Below are positions 62,670-64,000 of a stretch of DNA of 64,000 nucleotides, one piece after another. Numbering within the stretch: position 1 is the stretch's first letter; each line of letters begins with the position of its first letter. Below the pieces are notes generated by a model. It ran no database searches. It had not been told where the DNA came from and saw only the letters and a program-made list of their open reading frames with translations. The stretch is from Eledone cirrhosa (Eukaryota): contig OZ024742.1 of assembly GCA_964016885.1 (NCBI GenBank), positions 210,986,001 to 211,050,000 on the forward strand. Direction: 5' to 3'. A program made the translations under genes and the position numbers.

Positions 62670-63010
62670 TTATTCCCTGAAAAATATTCTACATCCCCAA
62701 ACTGGACTTATTTGAAGCTCCTTCAACAAAAAGTCGAAGACATGGTCAAACATTTGAGATGGCAGGCACTGGCTTTCGATGGGAAACTAACAAGGACAAC
62801 CACTATTTTCAATCTAAAGTTGAGAAGCTACCTACGCTTGCACCTTTTGAGACAGATCTTCTTGACCTAGTCGCAAACATTTCCTTCGGCAGATATCTTA
62901 ACCCTTTTCAGAACAAACTAAGTAGAAACTTTAAAAACTTCAGATCCTCTAATAAATTGTTCAACTTATCAGATAAAACTAACAATCTATATGAACTTGA
63001 CCAATCTAGA
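62670..63010 (+). mobile_element. Penelope-like element ORF N-terminal fragment
   Basis: YSLKNI, KVEDMVKHLRWQA, PFETDLLDLVANISF, FQNKL, SDKTNNLY resemble recalled PLE pre-RT motifs. Confidence 0.6.
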
Positions 63011-64000
63011 GCCAACAGTGGGGCCAGCTATTGAAGTTCACAGCTGTATGGCTGAAAGTTTGACTAAGGAAAAGCAGTCAGACCGTCAGTAACATAGTTT
63101 TCATAGCCAAATCTGTCAAAGTTTAGAAAAAACATCCCATATGAAGAAGCATATTCTAGCATTAAGAAGTCTTAAAATAAAGCAATCTAGCAACAAAGAA
63201 GATAGGACCATAGTGACATCTGAGAAGTGGCCATGTTGAGTATACAGAAAAGGGGCAGGTAAAAATTTCATACATTGTACCCAGTATAAACTATAGGTGC
63301 ACAAAAGTTCTCAGTAGAGCTGTACTGATAGAGAACGGGTTGCAGGTGACAGATAGTGATATGGGCCACCAGATATGATGGTTAGTTGTGATATAAACAG
63401 GCTCTTGCTGGCCAAATAAGCAACCCTGAACCAACAATGGCAAACTACTAGCGGAGACGGAGCAATGGGTGACACTGTTAGCTCCCAAGAAAACTCTCAC
63501 AACCCAGTGATGTAATTATGATGAGGCAAGAAAAGACGTCCTTAGAAAATAAGTTAAAAAAAGGATAGACCTATGAAGCAAAACTTATCAGATTATATAT
63601 ATATATAATATATAATATAGGGCGGTGGATTGGCAGTATCGGTAGAGGGTCGGACGTTATGCTTTGCAGCATAGTTACGTCCCTTTACGGATTGAGTTCA
63701 AATCCCACCGAGGTTGACTTTGCCTTTTATCCTTACAGGGTCGATAAAATAAAGTACCAGTAATGCACTGGGTAATTGCTGGCCTGGTGCCTAAAGTAGA
63801 AACAATTATATATATAATATCTACACTGAAAATAATCAATAGCAACTGCCCAGACTATTAATATAGAATATCTGGTTAGGGAATTAGTTAAATATGTGAA
63901 ATAATCATGGATTTAGTGGAAATTCAGTGTGAGTGTTACAAAAATGTTGTCAATATATAAATATTTCCTTTGACATAAAAAGAAGATAAATAATATCAAA

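Noticed and set aside
57612-64000. Further upstream TCAIM exons
   Set aside because: I found no exon with suitable phase and homology; the region is mostly repeats. A short exon could have been missed.

Overview
AT-rich, intron-rich eukaryotic DNA. The repeat landscape resembles an octopus or other cephalopod genome (inference). The window holds two convergent protein-coding genes that I rebuilt by hand from splice sites. TRPC4AP (+ strand) has 23 phase-consistent exons from 4031 to 44122, about 743 codons, and its first exon(s) lie upstream of the window. The 3' part of TCAIM/C3orf23 (- strand) has 5 exons from 57611 to 49244 and includes a probable GC-AG intron. Introns are full of mobile elements: RTE, CR1 and L1/Tx1-like LINE pieces, two tRNA-derived SINE families, mariner, pogo, Chapaev-like and piggyBac-like DNA elements, and a Helitron. 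The best unexplained signal is a set of four non-coding elements (three ~0.5-0.6 kb, one ~0.2 kb) carrying type I hammerhead ribozyme motifs. One at 7152-7233 looks essentially intact and three are decayed. Two sit in units bounded by short terminal direct repeats, a retrozyme or Penelope pseudo-LTR architecture. Family names and homologies come from recalled motifs; no searches were run.
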